Source: an uncultured Gammaproteobacteria bacterium
Lineage (GTDB): Bacteria; Patescibacteriota; Microgenomatia; Levybacterales; UBA12049
Assembly: GCA_964391315.1 (NCBI GenBank)
Contig: CAYMJR010000003.1
Coordinates: 542 to 64,541, forward strand
Reading direction: 5' to 3'
Length of the DNA: 64,000 nt
Each line of letters opens with the position of its first letter. Position 1 is the stretch's first letter. The notes beneath the pieces were generated by a model. That model saw only the letters and a list, made by a program, of their open reading frames with translations. It made no database searches and was not told the DNA's origin. Position numbers and translations under genes: made by a program. Of the stretch, positions 19,544-28,838 are shown one piece after another.

Positions 19544-20266
19544 ATGGATCCGCAACAACAAGCCCAACAACCACAGCAGGCATTTCAGCCAGCACCGCAG
19601 CAACCTTCTCCTCCACCACCTGTTGTACTGCCTGAAAATTCATTCTTTTCCAAAATCAAAGGACATAAAACAGGAGTTATTGTGACGAGTGTTTGTGTTC
19701 TTCTTCTTTCTGGGATGGTAACATATGTTTTTGTATCGCCAGCACAGAAATCACTTGTCTCCCCAGCAAATATTGACCACACTATTACTCCTCCTCCAAC
19801 AACAGTAATATCAGCTACATCACCAACAATAGTGCCAACAACTAAACCATCTCTTACTCCCACACCTACAATTCCTTCAATAGACTGGAAAACATATACT
19901 AATAATACCTATGGCTATTCCATTAAGTATCCTCCTGATTGGATTGAAAAAGACCTTGGTGCGCTTGAACCAAAAGTCCCAAGTTATATTGTGTTTAATC
20001 CCCCAAGCGCAACAGCAAGCGCACGAAATATTACCATCTCAATAAGTACGCGTTCTTACAGCGAACAACTTGCGCTTGGTGCATCAAACAGTGCAACAAC
20101 TGTAGGAGGAATATCAGGGACCCAACAATCATTCAAGGATTCTGACGGCAATACTTCAACTGTCATAACACTTCCACGAAGTAGCAACTTACTTGTCTTA
20201 CGGGCAAAGACAGCATCCCTTCCAATCTTTAATCAAATCATCACAACACTTACGACAACAAAATAA
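19544..20266 (+). CDS. Membrane-anchored secreted protein with Gln/Pro-rich N-terminus
   Basis: 240-aa ORF with a QP-rich head, one TM helix, a Thr/Pro linker and a globular domain (YSIKYPPDWIEKD). Confidence 0.55.
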   Translation: MDPQQQAQQPQQAFQPAPQQPSPPPPVVLPENSFFSKIKGHKTGVIVTSVCVLLLSGMVTYVFVSPAQKSLVSPANIDHTITPPPTTVISATSPTIVPTTKPSLTPTPTIPSIDWKTYTNNTYGYSIKYPPDWIEKDLGALEPKVPSYIVFNPPSATASARNITISISTRSYSEQLALGASNSATTVGGISGTQQSFKDSDGNTSTVITLPRSSNLLVLRAKTASLPIFNQIITTLTTTK

Positions 20267-20272
20267 CCTGTT

Positions 20273-21460
20273 TTATTTCACGACTGCAGTAAAAATACTG
20301 GGAAAAAGGAAAAAATTGATAAGAAACGAGACGGCAATGAGCGTTTTTACTCTCCAACTCATTACCCTTTGAAAGGAAAAACAGAGGATGACAAATAAAA
20401 ACGGCTGAAAATCCAATGCATACCGGAATCCATACTGGCGTGACCCAACTCCAAAATACCCAATAATAAAAAGGAGAATGAACAATGCTGTGGTTGCTGC
20501 TGCCTTCACAACAATTTCTTTCTGTTTTGTCTTAAAACACCATAACAGAATTGGTGAGGTAAGAAAGATACTCATTCCCCACGCATCAGGCTTAACATAT
20601 GGATACGTCAAATACTTTGTTCCTGGGACGTATACTCCCTGTAATCCACTTAAAAAGAGATAATAGAGATTTGTCGGCACATAAAAAAGACTCCATGTTC
20701 CATGCTCTTTGAGCATGTTTCCAGATGTTGTAATAATCGGAATATGATAAGTGTAACCAAATTCTATAACTGATCCGAACCGCACGAAATTGTACAAGCC
20801 GATACCTGCCAAACCGAAAAAAATGGGTGCCATAAGAAGACATACTGCAACAATTTTCTCCTTGGGCTTTTGTTTTGATACAACAATCAAAATGAGAGGA
20901 AATAAAACAGTGAGGAGTAAGTCTATGCGTGTCGCCATGGCACAGGCTATAAAGATACCAAGAAGCCACCATCGCCTCACATGGAAATATTCATAAAGCA
21001 TCAGCAGTACACATGTTGTTGCAACAATCTGCCCAAACCACCACGACCAGGGAAAAAGCCCCACAACTAAGTAGCCTGTTGCAAACAGATAGGCAAAACT
21101 GAGCCACAATGACGTGTTGCGGTCTTTGGTAATCTTTTGAGCAATTGCATAAAGCAAATAACCATTTAAGAGATTAAGTACAAATTGGATATGCCCTTGC
21201 TGAACAACATTATGTAAAAGAAAAATAAACGGCAACAAAACAATCGCTGGAAAAATTCCCTGCGGCCAATATGCCAGTCCATGGTAATAACTTGCATCTC
21301 TAGAAATTGTTGCTGGTCCAAGGGCAAATGAGCCTTGCAATAATGAATGCGCCAGAAGAGTAAATTGCTGTTCTCCAAAACCGACAAAAAGATTGCACAA
21401 AACAAGAAATAACAACCCTACTGTATAAAGATAAAGTAACAATATTCGTTCTTTTGGCAT
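20273..21460 (-). CDS. Polytopic membrane protein, GT-C (ArnT/PMT)-like
   Basis: 395-aa ORF with about 10 hydrophobic segments. The assignment rests on topology and size only. Confidence 0.45.
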   Translation of the reverse strand: MPKERILLLYLYTVGLLFLVLCNLFVGFGEQQFTLLAHSLLQGSFALGPATISRDASYYHGLAYWPQGIFPAIVLLPFIFLLHNVVQQGHIQFVLNLLNGYLLYAIAQKITKDRNTSLWLSFAYLFATGYLVVGLFPWSWWFGQIVATTCVLLMLYEYFHVRRWWLLGIFIACAMATRIDLLLTVLFPLILIVVSKQKPKEKIVAVCLLMAPIFFGLAGIGLYNFVRFGSVIEFGYTYHIPIITTSGNMLKEHGTWSLFYVPTNLYYLFLSGLQGVYVPGTKYLTYPYVKPDAWGMSIFLTSPILLWCFKTKQKEIVVKAAATTALFILLFIIGYFGVGSRQYGFRYALDFQPFLFVILCFSFQRVMSWRVKTLIAVSFLINFFLFPSIFTAVVK

Positions 21461-22174
21461 TTATTTTCCTGTTGTCTTATTCTCTCGGAATGAAAAATAT
21501 CCGCTTCTTGCAATAATAACATGGTCAAGCATCGGAACACCCATCACTTCTCCTGCCTCATGAATTCGGGTAGTAAATGCTATATCATCATCTGAAGGCG
21601 TTGGATTTCCTGATGGATGATTATGTGCGACGATAATTGACGCACAGGGACTCGTGAGTGCCGGAGCGAAAATTTCTTTTGCTGTGATCATCATGTGATT
21701 AAGACTTCCCTGTCCGACAATTTCCCGTTGAATCATTTCATACCGAGCATTAAGATAAAATACTAACAGATACTCCTGTCTTTTATCTACAATATCTCGA
21801 AGTTGTACAGCAACATCCTGCGTCGATTTAAGAACAACCTGTGTCATGGATGCTGGAGCATATATTCTTTTTCCCATTTCAAGTGCCGCAACAATTCTAC
21901 TTGCCTTTGCCCGGCCGACTCCAGGAAAACGTCTCAACTCTTCAGAGGAAATCTCCCCCAATTTGGGAAAAGGAAAACGCTTCAGCAACACAGCACTCAA
22001 GGATAATGCATCCTGTTTGGCAGACCCTGTTCCGAGTAAAATCGCGATCAACTCTTCGTTCGTTAGATTTTCACTCCCCGCACTTTGTAACTTCTCTCGA
22101 GGCCTGGAGTGAAGCGGTAAATCCTTAATTCTTCCCCGAGCTAGCCTCAAATTTCCACTTGCTTTTTTTGACAT
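21461..22174 (-). CDS. radC: RadC-family JAB/MPN domain protein
   Basis: JAB motif HNHPSGNPTPSDDD with an HhH-like N-terminal part. I place the start at Met38 (MSKKASG, 22174) of the 274-aa ORF, because the extension crosses the divergent promoter. Confidence 0.8.
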   Translation of the reverse strand: MSKKASGNLRLARGRIKDLPLHSRPREKLQSAGSENLTNEELIAILLGTGSAKQDALSLSAVLLKRFPFPKLGEISSEELRRFPGVGRAKASRIVAALEMGKRIYAPASMTQVVLKSTQDVAVQLRDIVDKRQEYLLVFYLNARYEMIQREIVGQGSLNHMMITAKEIFAPALTSPCASIIVAHNHPSGNPTPSDDDIAFTTRIHEAGEVMGVPMLDHVIIARSGYFSFRENKTTGK

Positions 22175-22197
22175 ATAGGTATAGTATAATAAGACAT

Positions 22198-22515
22198 ATG
22201 GGCAATGTCGATGTGAAGAATCAGAAAAAATTGAACGAATTAGCTCTTCGTATCCGCGAAGCACGAAGAAACGCACATCTTTCACAAGATGAACTTGGAA
22301 AATCTATTGGTGTTTCCGATAAGTCTGTTTCTGCTTATGAGCAAGGACGCAGTACTCCTCCTATTACAAAATTGAAGAAGATCGCAGAATCAACAAATCA
22401 TCCTCTCTCCTACTTCACACAGGAAGATAATGAAGAAGCATTGCTTACCAGCAAACTCGCAAATATCGAACGCGAACTCGCAGAGGTAAAAAGACTCCTC
22501 CTCAAGAAGAAATAA
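22198..22515 (+). CDS. XRE-family helix-turn-helix transcriptional regulator
   Basis: LRIREARRNAHLSQDELGKSIGVSDKSVSAYEQGRSTP is a classic HTH_3. The start is taken at the ATG at 22198, preceded by TATAAT. Confidence 0.75.
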   Translation: MGNVDVKNQKKLNELALRIREARRNAHLSQDELGKSIGVSDKSVSAYEQGRSTPPITKLKKIAESTNHPLSYFTQEDNEEALLTSKLANIERELAEVKRLLLKKK

Positions 22516-22697
22516 ACCCAATCCTCTAACCTTTCCTATTTCATTAATAAATACCAATTTACTTTACCTGTAATAAGTATGGTCAAATTACTATATGGCT
22601 AAAACGTTTTGACCATATGAGCATTTAAACTTCTTCCCTCAAAACTCTAGTTTTAATTTATTTTACTCCTTGACATATTATACCTTATTCTATTATT

Positions 22698-23051
22698 ATG
22701 AGAGTTATGATTGAGTATGTTGGTATAATTTTTGTTGACGATACAGAAATCATTCTGCGAATTTATTCGATTACTGGCGGACAGTGGCAACTTGTCCACT
22801 ATGTGGATCATGATCTACTCGATAAAAAACGCCAGAAAACTATTTCAGCGTATGATATTGCAGAGGTTATTGCAGATCTTTTTTCCGGTACCTACGAGCA
22901 TACCGTAGTTGAATGGAAGATCTGTACGCGGGGAATTACTAAAGAAACAACAGCTGAGATTGCTCATGCCACAGGTTTAAAAGTTGAACATCTGAATCGG
23001 ATTCGCGAACAAGAACTCATTTGCAAAGGTCTTTTTATTGAGTTCTGGTAA
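22698..23051 (+). CDS. Hypothetical protein
   Basis: 117-aa ORF with a TTGACA...TATTAT promoter-like sequence upstream. Confidence 0.4.
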   Translation: MRVMIEYVGIIFVDDTEIILRIYSITGGQWQLVHYVDHDLLDKKRQKTISAYDIAEVIADLFSGTYEHTVVEWKICTRGITKETTAEIAHATGLKVEHLNRIREQELICKGLFIEFW

Positions 23052-23054
23052 AAA

Positions 23055-23405
23055 TTAAAAGAAGAGCTGCCACCATTTAAGCCAATTTGGTCTGGTATCT
23101 TCTGATTTCTTGACCTCTGAGCTTGTGGAAGCAAGCACGTCAGTAGGCATAACGATAATTCCCTCCCCTGGTTTGGCAAGAAAAAGCTTATTTCGTGCTT
23201 GTTCGTCAACAAATCCGGGTTTTTTCACGTCAGCGAGCTTCTTTTTTAATTCTTCATTGTCCTTTTTCTCTTTCTCTAGGTCTTGTTTTGCTTTGACAAT
23301 TAGATCATTCTTTTGCCAGAGATTATATATCGAATGGAGAAAGCTATTGATTACAAAGAATGAAAGTATAATAATACTAAAATATACTATTTTCTTTAAG
23401 AGCAT
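23055..23405 (-). CDS. Septum formation initiator (FtsB/DivIC-like)
   Basis: 116-aa ORF with an N-terminal TM helix, a coiled coil, and DEQARNKLFLAKPGE typical of the family. Confidence 0.6.
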   Translation of the reverse strand: MLLKKIVYFSIIILSFFVINSFLHSIYNLWQKNDLIVKAKQDLEKEKKDNEELKKKLADVKKPGFVDEQARNKLFLAKPGEGIIVMPTDVLASTSSEVKKSEDTRPNWLKWWQLFF

Positions 23406-23541
23406 AATGCATTATAATATAATCTCTTTTGTAACTATTTGTAAAGTTACTTGCTAATTCTAAAATTATCTCTGACCCATAAGGAGATAAAATATAGCTT
23501 GACTCTAAGGCAATTTCCTGATATTATGGGACTAACATTTT

Positions 23542-24402
23542 ATGAAGATTATTAAAACTCGCGATGCCCACAAAGAATTTATCGATTTTTTAAAGAGTAA
23601 AAAGCATTCCAGTGCCACTGTTTTGGCATACGGAAAAGATATTGACCAACTTACTTCTTTTCTTGAAGAACTCGACAAACAAAATATTCATGAAGTCTCA
23701 AAAGATGATATTCAGGCTTTTTTGGGCAAACTTTCTGAAAAAGGCTATACTCCAAAATCTCTTTCACGAAAACTTAATTCAACCCGTACTTTTTACCGCT
23801 TTTTAAAGGTAAATGAATACATTACTGATGATCCTTCTCTCTTAGTTTCACATCCACAATATGAATTGGCAGAACCACGAATTCTCAAACCAACAGAATA
23901 TCGAGCACTTCGTGATGCAGCAAGAAACGATGCGAGAATGTACGCAATTATTGAAATGTTGCTTCAAACAGGCATCCGTATCGGAGAACTTGCTGACCTT
24001 CGAACATCAGATGTACTTGATGACAATCTCAATATCCGTCCTCACGAAAAACACGAAGAACGAACTGTTCCAATGAACAAATCAGCCAAAGAAGCACTTA
24101 ACAGATACCTTCAAATCCGTCCAAAAATTGAAGATGACCACATCTTTGTTACTAAGTCCGGTAAGCCTTTCCTGGTCAGAAATATCCGTACAGCAATTGA
24201 ACGATACTTTAGAATCGCAGGTATTGAAAATGCAAAGGTAAATGATCTCAGACATACCTTTGTCGCCCACCACTTAAAGCATGGGGTATCACTCGTTCTT
24301 CTTTCAAAGATTCTTGGACACAAAAGACTTTCAACAACCGAAAGATATCTTGAGTACGTCAAAGAACGTGCCAAAGACACCACAACCCTCAGCGAACTGT
24401 AA
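23542..24402 (+). CDS. Tyrosine recombinase, XerC/XerD family
   Basis: 286-aa ORF with an N-terminal SAM-like domain, catalytic R (TGIRIGEL), LRHTF, and LGHKRLSTTERY with the Tyr nucleophile. Confidence 0.85.
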   Translation: MKIIKTRDAHKEFIDFLKSKKHSSATVLAYGKDIDQLTSFLEELDKQNIHEVSKDDIQAFLGKLSEKGYTPKSLSRKLNSTRTFYRFLKVNEYITDDPSLLVSHPQYELAEPRILKPTEYRALRDAARNDARMYAIIEMLLQTGIRIGELADLRTSDVLDDNLNIRPHEKHEERTVPMNKSAKEALNRYLQIRPKIEDDHIFVTKSGKPFLVRNIRTAIERYFRIAGIENAKVNDLRHTFVAHHLKHGVSLVLLSKILGHKRLSTTERYLEYVKERAKDTTTLSEL

Positions 24403-24412
24403 AAGTTACACT

Positions 24413-24964
24413 ATGGCAGAATGGCGAAAACCGCAACCTTCCCGGTTGGATATAATTCGAGCTACAGGAATTGTCCCTGAACGACTATTGTGGCAAGTAG
24501 GAGAAAATGGTATTCAATATGACTACAGAAATCACTGGTTTGCTGTTAACGTACTTCACCCTCGCTATAACCCTCAAGCTCCTAATAATCGATTATTAGA
24601 AGACAATGCTGGAGAAGAGATTAGACGATTAATAAGAACTACAAAAACTTACTCTGATTACTGGAGAGAAAGACTCGGACGATATAATGAAAGAGAAAGA
24701 GGCACGGATCAACCTCTTACCAATAGTGACGCTGTTTTCAATCTATTGGTGACACAACAGCCCAAAGCAAGAACACTTGACTTATTGGCTCAAAGAGCAC
24801 ATGAACTAGCTGATTCAAGAATGGATCCTACTACACTTATTAAAGCTTTTGTGAAACTTACCGCACAATCCTATATCATTCTTTACAATCGAAAAGAAGC
24901 AAGGGATCTTTTACGAGAGTTTGGCATAATAGAAAAGGATACTATTACAACAGAAGAATACTAA
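24413..24964 (+). CDS. Hypothetical protein
   Basis: This is the ATG-initiated part (MAEWRKPQP) of the 227-aa ORF. The upstream extension overlaps the recombinase gene. Confidence 0.4.
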   Translation: MAEWRKPQPSRLDIIRATGIVPERLLWQVGENGIQYDYRNHWFAVNVLHPRYNPQAPNNRLLEDNAGEEIRRLIRTTKTYSDYWRERLGRYNERERGTDQPLTNSDAVFNLLVTQQPKARTLDLLAQRAHELADSRMDPTTLIKAFVKLTAQSYIILYNRKEARDLLREFGIIEKDTITTEEY

Positions 24965-24967
24965 TTT

Positions 24968-25042
24968 TGGTGCGTCTGGCTGGACTCGAACCAACGACAG
25001 GCTGTGTATAAGACAGCTGCTCTACCACTGAGCTACAGACGC
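24968..25042 (-). tRNA. tRNA-Ile (anticodon TAT), CCA encoded
   Basis: Hand fold: GCGTCTG/TA/GCTC-AGTGGTA-GAGC/A/GCTGT-CTTATAC-ACAGC/CTGTC/GTTGG-TTCGAGT-CCAGC/CAGACGC-A-CCA. Confidence 0.8.
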
Positions 25043-25100
25043 GTGAAGGTATTATAGCATCAAAATGCTGAAATATGTTTGAATATTACGTCGTTGAATT

Positions 25101-25481
25101 CTATTTGCTCTTGGATTCAGAGAGGATTTTTTTTACTATTTCAACAATCTGTTCGGGTTCATGATCACTCTTTGTAATATAGCTATGGGCACCACTTTTT
25201 AAGGCTATTTGTACATTCTCGTCCCCTACTAAATTGGTTAACATAATAACTGGAATATTTTTGGTATCAGGATTTGTCTTTAGGTTTTCTAACGTATCCA
25301 ACCCATTCTTTTTTGGCATCATGATATCAAGTAAATTTAACGATAGTTGAAAACTGTTTGCTTTGGATATCCCTTCTTCTCCATCGTGGGTTACTTCCAC
25401 GCTAAACCCTCAAACATGAAGATTTTTTGATAAATCCCTAAAATAGATGGTGCATCTTCAATAATTAATATTTTTTACCAT
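25101..25481 (-). pseudogene. CheY-like receiver domain gene disrupted by two compensating frameshifts
   Basis: The ATG at 25481 is in frame with ORF 25101..25400 but meets TGA after 7 codons. The expected N-terminus KILIIEDAPSILGIYQKIFMFEG reads only in another frame, between a T6 run (25471-25476) and AAACCC (25404-25409). The downstream part carries the phospho-acceptor context LLDIMMPKKNG and VIMLT. Confidence 0.6.
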
Positions 25482-25485
25482 AGCG

Positions 25486-27870
25486 TTATAGTTTGGCACG
25501 TTTTGCAATCTCTTGCTCCACAACATCGACAGCCTTTCCATATTTGAGACGGGAAAGTTCTTTAATCAATTCTGCAACACGTTCATTGCGCATTGCTTTT
25601 TCTTTATTAATATCTTTAGTCGTATCCAAAGAAAATGGCGGAACAGGCTCTCCATGCACCAACGTCCTCATATAGGCATTAAATCTATCAACGTTAATAA
25701 GATCATTTTCGTTGAAAATAGGCTGAAATTCATGCTGCAAATAATTTGCGTCAGTCACACCGACACGGAAGGACGAAATCGTTCCGACGTTACCAAAGAT
25801 AGCGTTTTTGATCTCTTCATCCATCTGTCCGATAAATTGATTCGCAACGATAAGATTCAAACGGTATTTTCGAGCTTCAGAAAGGATCTGCGCAAAATCT
25901 GGTGTTGCAAAGTTCTGGAACTCGTCAACATAAAGGAAGAAATCTTTACGTTGATCCATTGGCATATCCTGTCGACTCATCGCAGCGACCAAGATTTTTG
26001 GAACAAGCACCAACCCTAAGAAATTTGAATTCTCCTCACCTATCTTACCTTTTGAAAGATTGATAAGAAGAATCTTTTGTTCATCCATAGCTTTACGGAA
26101 ATTAAATGCACTATCTGATTGTCCGATGATATTACGAATCATCTTATTCGTAACAAAGCGACCGAATTTGGAGACAATATAATCCAAAACCTCAGACTTA
26201 TGGAAGTCAGATGTCTGAGCGATCTGATCCGTCCAGTAACGGCGGATAATCGGATCTTGAACTTTTGGCAACAATTCCTGTACATAATTTTGATCAGTCA
26301 GAACACGAACGACTTCAATAAATGTACTTCCTTCTTCATACATAACTGTCAGCATAGCGTTTCGGACTGCATGTTCAAAACGTGGACCGATAATACCGGT
26401 CTTATTCGGATCGAAAAGTTTGTACATAAGACCGATAATTGAGTTCGCGACGAAATGTTTTTGCTGTTCATCAGCTGCTTCAAGCATATTAAAGCCCATT
26501 GGCCGCTCCAAATCTGATGGATCAAAGAGAATGACATCTTCAGCTCGCTTTGGAGGAATAAGACGCAGAGTATCCTCAATCAAATCTCCATGAGGATCAA
26601 TAACAGCAACTCCCTCTCCTGCAATAATATCCTGCATGATCATCTGTTTGAGGAATTCTGACTTTCCGGTACCGGTCTTTCCAATAATATAGAAATGTCG
26701 CTGTCGATCTTCCTTCTGGATAAAGACGGGACGGGAAAGACCGCGATAGGTACTCTTCCCCAGATATACACCACTGTCAGGAAGATTTGAGGGCGCAGGA
26801 GCACGTTTTGCATGGAGCCAGTGAATACCAGGCGTCGTAATACTTTTATTGGGCAAATGGAAAAGCGTTGCCAACTCATCTGTTGTACAAATAGACATGA
26901 TTTTAGTCATGGGGAAGTAACGATAAATAAAATCCTGCATAAAGAGGCCTTTGAAACGAATCCGGTGCTTTTTAAAGGAATTAACTCCTGTATACTGACC
27001 AAATGAATTGATAATGTTATTAAGATGCGCATCTGCAGCTTCTTTCGTCTTTGAACAGACGACTATGCGAACGAGTGTTTCAAACCCTGATTTTGATAAT
27101 TTATTCTCAATACCCTCAAGCTCTTTACTGTCTGCTTTATAAGTTGCCTTCTCTGCGTTAGCTTCAGTTTTTTTGGTTGTACCGATATAACTTCTTCCTG
27201 CTTTCTTCCATTTGGTATCAGCCGGACGGACCATAAATTGAATCGTCGCTCCTTCTCCTTCTCCCATTTTCGCAAGAACAGAAGTAAGTGATAACAATGG
27301 GTCAACAGGAAGATCTTTATACACTTTAATAGGCTGATAATCGCTCCCTTTTAAATACATTGAAGCAAATGCTACTTTTCCATCTTGAGAAAAAATATTG
27401 TATTCAGTACCCACTACTCCTCCCTCTTTTTGTTTGGCCATTGAATCATCAACGCGCACAATTTCTGCATCAGGGTAGGATCCGTTAATCTGCTTTTCAA
27501 CAAAATCACGGAATTGGTTAGGTACATGGACGTAGAACCTTATATCTCCCGGCAAACCAACGATTTCAAAGGAGAGATGTGGTTGGGGTTTCAAATAGTA
27601 CATTCTGTCAGAACTCCATGCACGGCGAATTGAAACAAGACTTGAGAACATCTGCTCTGCTGCATCAATTTTGATATCATTATCACGGGGCACGGTAATC
27701 TGTAGTAAGGTTGAATTAAGGGAAATTGCCTCACGATTACGATTGCGGAGCCAAAGAAGAAGCACATAGCCAGCCCCTGCACACGCAATAATGACCGCAC
27801 CTATTGCTGCGACTACCGATAATAGTGTTATTAAAATGATTGTCGGATTTTGAAGAAATACTGGTTGCAT
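25486..27870 (-). CDS. VirD4/TraG/TraD-like (type IV coupling protein family) P-loop ATPase, membrane anchored
   Basis: 794-aa ORF with an N-terminal TM helix, Walker A IIGKTGTGKSEF, VIDPHGDL, Walker B FFLYVDEFQNF and ARKYRLNLIVANQ. Confidence 0.65.
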   Translation of the reverse strand: MQPVFLQNPTIILITLLSVVAAIGAVIIACAGAGYVLLLWLRNRNREAISLNSTLLQITVPRDNDIKIDAAEQMFSSLVSIRRAWSSDRMYYLKPQPHLSFEIVGLPGDIRFYVHVPNQFRDFVEKQINGSYPDAEIVRVDDSMAKQKEGGVVGTEYNIFSQDGKVAFASMYLKGSDYQPIKVYKDLPVDPLLSLTSVLAKMGEGEGATIQFMVRPADTKWKKAGRSYIGTTKKTEANAEKATYKADSKELEGIENKLSKSGFETLVRIVVCSKTKEAADAHLNNIINSFGQYTGVNSFKKHRIRFKGLFMQDFIYRYFPMTKIMSICTTDELATLFHLPNKSITTPGIHWLHAKRAPAPSNLPDSGVYLGKSTYRGLSRPVFIQKEDRQRHFYIIGKTGTGKSEFLKQMIMQDIIAGEGVAVIDPHGDLIEDTLRLIPPKRAEDVILFDPSDLERPMGFNMLEAADEQQKHFVANSIIGLMYKLFDPNKTGIIGPRFEHAVRNAMLTVMYEEGSTFIEVVRVLTDQNYVQELLPKVQDPIIRRYWTDQIAQTSDFHKSEVLDYIVSKFGRFVTNKMIRNIIGQSDSAFNFRKAMDEQKILLINLSKGKIGEENSNFLGLVLVPKILVAAMSRQDMPMDQRKDFFLYVDEFQNFATPDFAQILSEARKYRLNLIVANQFIGQMDEEIKNAIFGNVGTISSFRVGVTDANYLQHEFQPIFNENDLINVDRFNAYMRTLVHGEPVPPFSLDTTKDINKEKAMRNERVAELIKELSRLKYGKAVDVVEQEIAKRAKL

Positions 27871-27888
27871 ACTTATTATTTTACTTTT

Positions 27889-28455
27889 CTACCATGTGCT
27901 CTTTTGATCTTCAGGTTTCATGTTCATTCTTTTTAATTGGCGAATAAGAGCGGTTGCTAACCACCTTATTGCCTCACGGATACCACTTTTCTTCTGCACT
28001 TCCTCAAGTTGTAAAGGATCTGAAGCGAGCGAAATCCCAGAAGCTGAAGATTGTGTGTCAGGATGAGTAACTTGCTCTGTCTTCAATTGTTCTTCTTCTC
28101 TTTGTGAAGATTCTGCGTCTTCTCCTTGTTCAACACCTGCTTCTTGTAATTCATGTGCTATCTCAACCTGCGGATGCGATTCCTGCATCTGTATATCCGC
28201 TGCTTCTTTTGTTTGGACGGCTGATGCATCTGCGACTTCATCTGGCATGGAAGCGTTGTCATCTGATGAGGTCTGCGCTCCTGATTCTGCATTGTCAATC
28301 GGTGCTGCTTCCCGCGGTGGTACTCCTGTACTCAAAGGTGCCTCAGGACGACCTCCTGTCACCTGTGGACTTTCTACCGGACGGACAGGTTGTTGCGGCA
28401 TTACAGGTTGCGTTTGCTGATTCTGTTGTTGTGGATTTTGAGCAGTATCATCCAT
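27889..28455 (-). CDS. Acidic, Gln/Glu-rich low-complexity protein
   Basis: 188-aa ORF lying 18 nt upstream of the ATPase gene on the same strand. A basic amphipathic C-terminus is the only ordered-looking part. Confidence 0.4.
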   Translation of the reverse strand: MDDTAQNPQQQNQQTQPVMPQQPVRPVESPQVTGGRPEAPLSTGVPPREAAPIDNAESGAQTSSDDNASMPDEVADASAVQTKEAADIQMQESHPQVEIAHELQEAGVEQGEDAESSQREEEQLKTEQVTHPDTQSSASGISLASDPLQLEEVQKKSGIREAIRWLATALIRQLKRMNMKPEDQKSTW

Positions 28456-28501
28456 GCTTCAATCTTACCACGAGAGGAGCTAAGTAGCAACGTAATCGAG
28501 G

Positions 28502-28825
28502 TTAGTCAGACATTACTTGCTTGATTTGTTGTTTTTGGCTGAAATTGAGTGCAGGTGAAACAGCAACAATAAGTTCCTCCAATTTTCTTTCGGTGACCTT
28601 TAGGATCTCAGCTACGTACGTTTCTGGAGAAATATGATCTTTGATCTTCTCAGGGTTTTGTTTTTGCAGTAATTCTTGTGTCTCTGTAGACAAACTCTCA
28701 ATGAGGTTTACTGTGGCTTCTAAATGGCTCATTTCTTCAAATTCTTGAATAAATTTTTCTTTATTGTTTGCATACTTAATAATATGCAAAATTTCTATAA
28801 GACGATCTCTAGCAGGGCGTTTCAT
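28502..28825 (-). CDS. Hypothetical helical protein
   Basis: The start is taken at the internal Met (MKRPARD) of the 153-aa ORF, because the extension overlaps the upstream gene. Confidence 0.35.
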   Translation of the reverse strand: MKRPARDRLIEILHIIKYANNKEKFIQEFEEMSHLEATVNLIESLSTETQELLQKQNPEKIKDHISPETYVAEILKVTERKLEELIVAVSPALNFSQKQQIKQVMSD

Positions 28826-28838
28826 AAAATGCTTCTTT

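Noticed and set aside
22175-22285. Long N-terminal extensions in the ORF track for radC (to 22285), the HTH gene (from 22159), nrdR (to 34781), ORF 24281, ORF 50750 and ORF 52413.
   Set aside because: Each extension overlaps a neighbouring gene or promoter and precedes a Met that matches the normal family N-terminus or a signal peptide. The shorter starts were used.
23542-25042. A tyrosine recombinase plus orphan gene lies next to the 3' end of tRNA-Ile, which could be an integrated island.
   Set aside because: By eye I found no direct repeat of the tRNA 3' end further left. The recombinase has the size and motif pattern of a chromosomal XerC/XerD. It is kept as a housekeeping recombinase unless a genome-wide repeat search says otherwise.
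28104-28487. A 127-aa plus-strand ORF opposite the acidic 188-aa protein.
   Set aside because: It lies opposite a co-directional operon and its composition is driven by the low-complexity sequence. The minus-strand reading fits the operon spacing.
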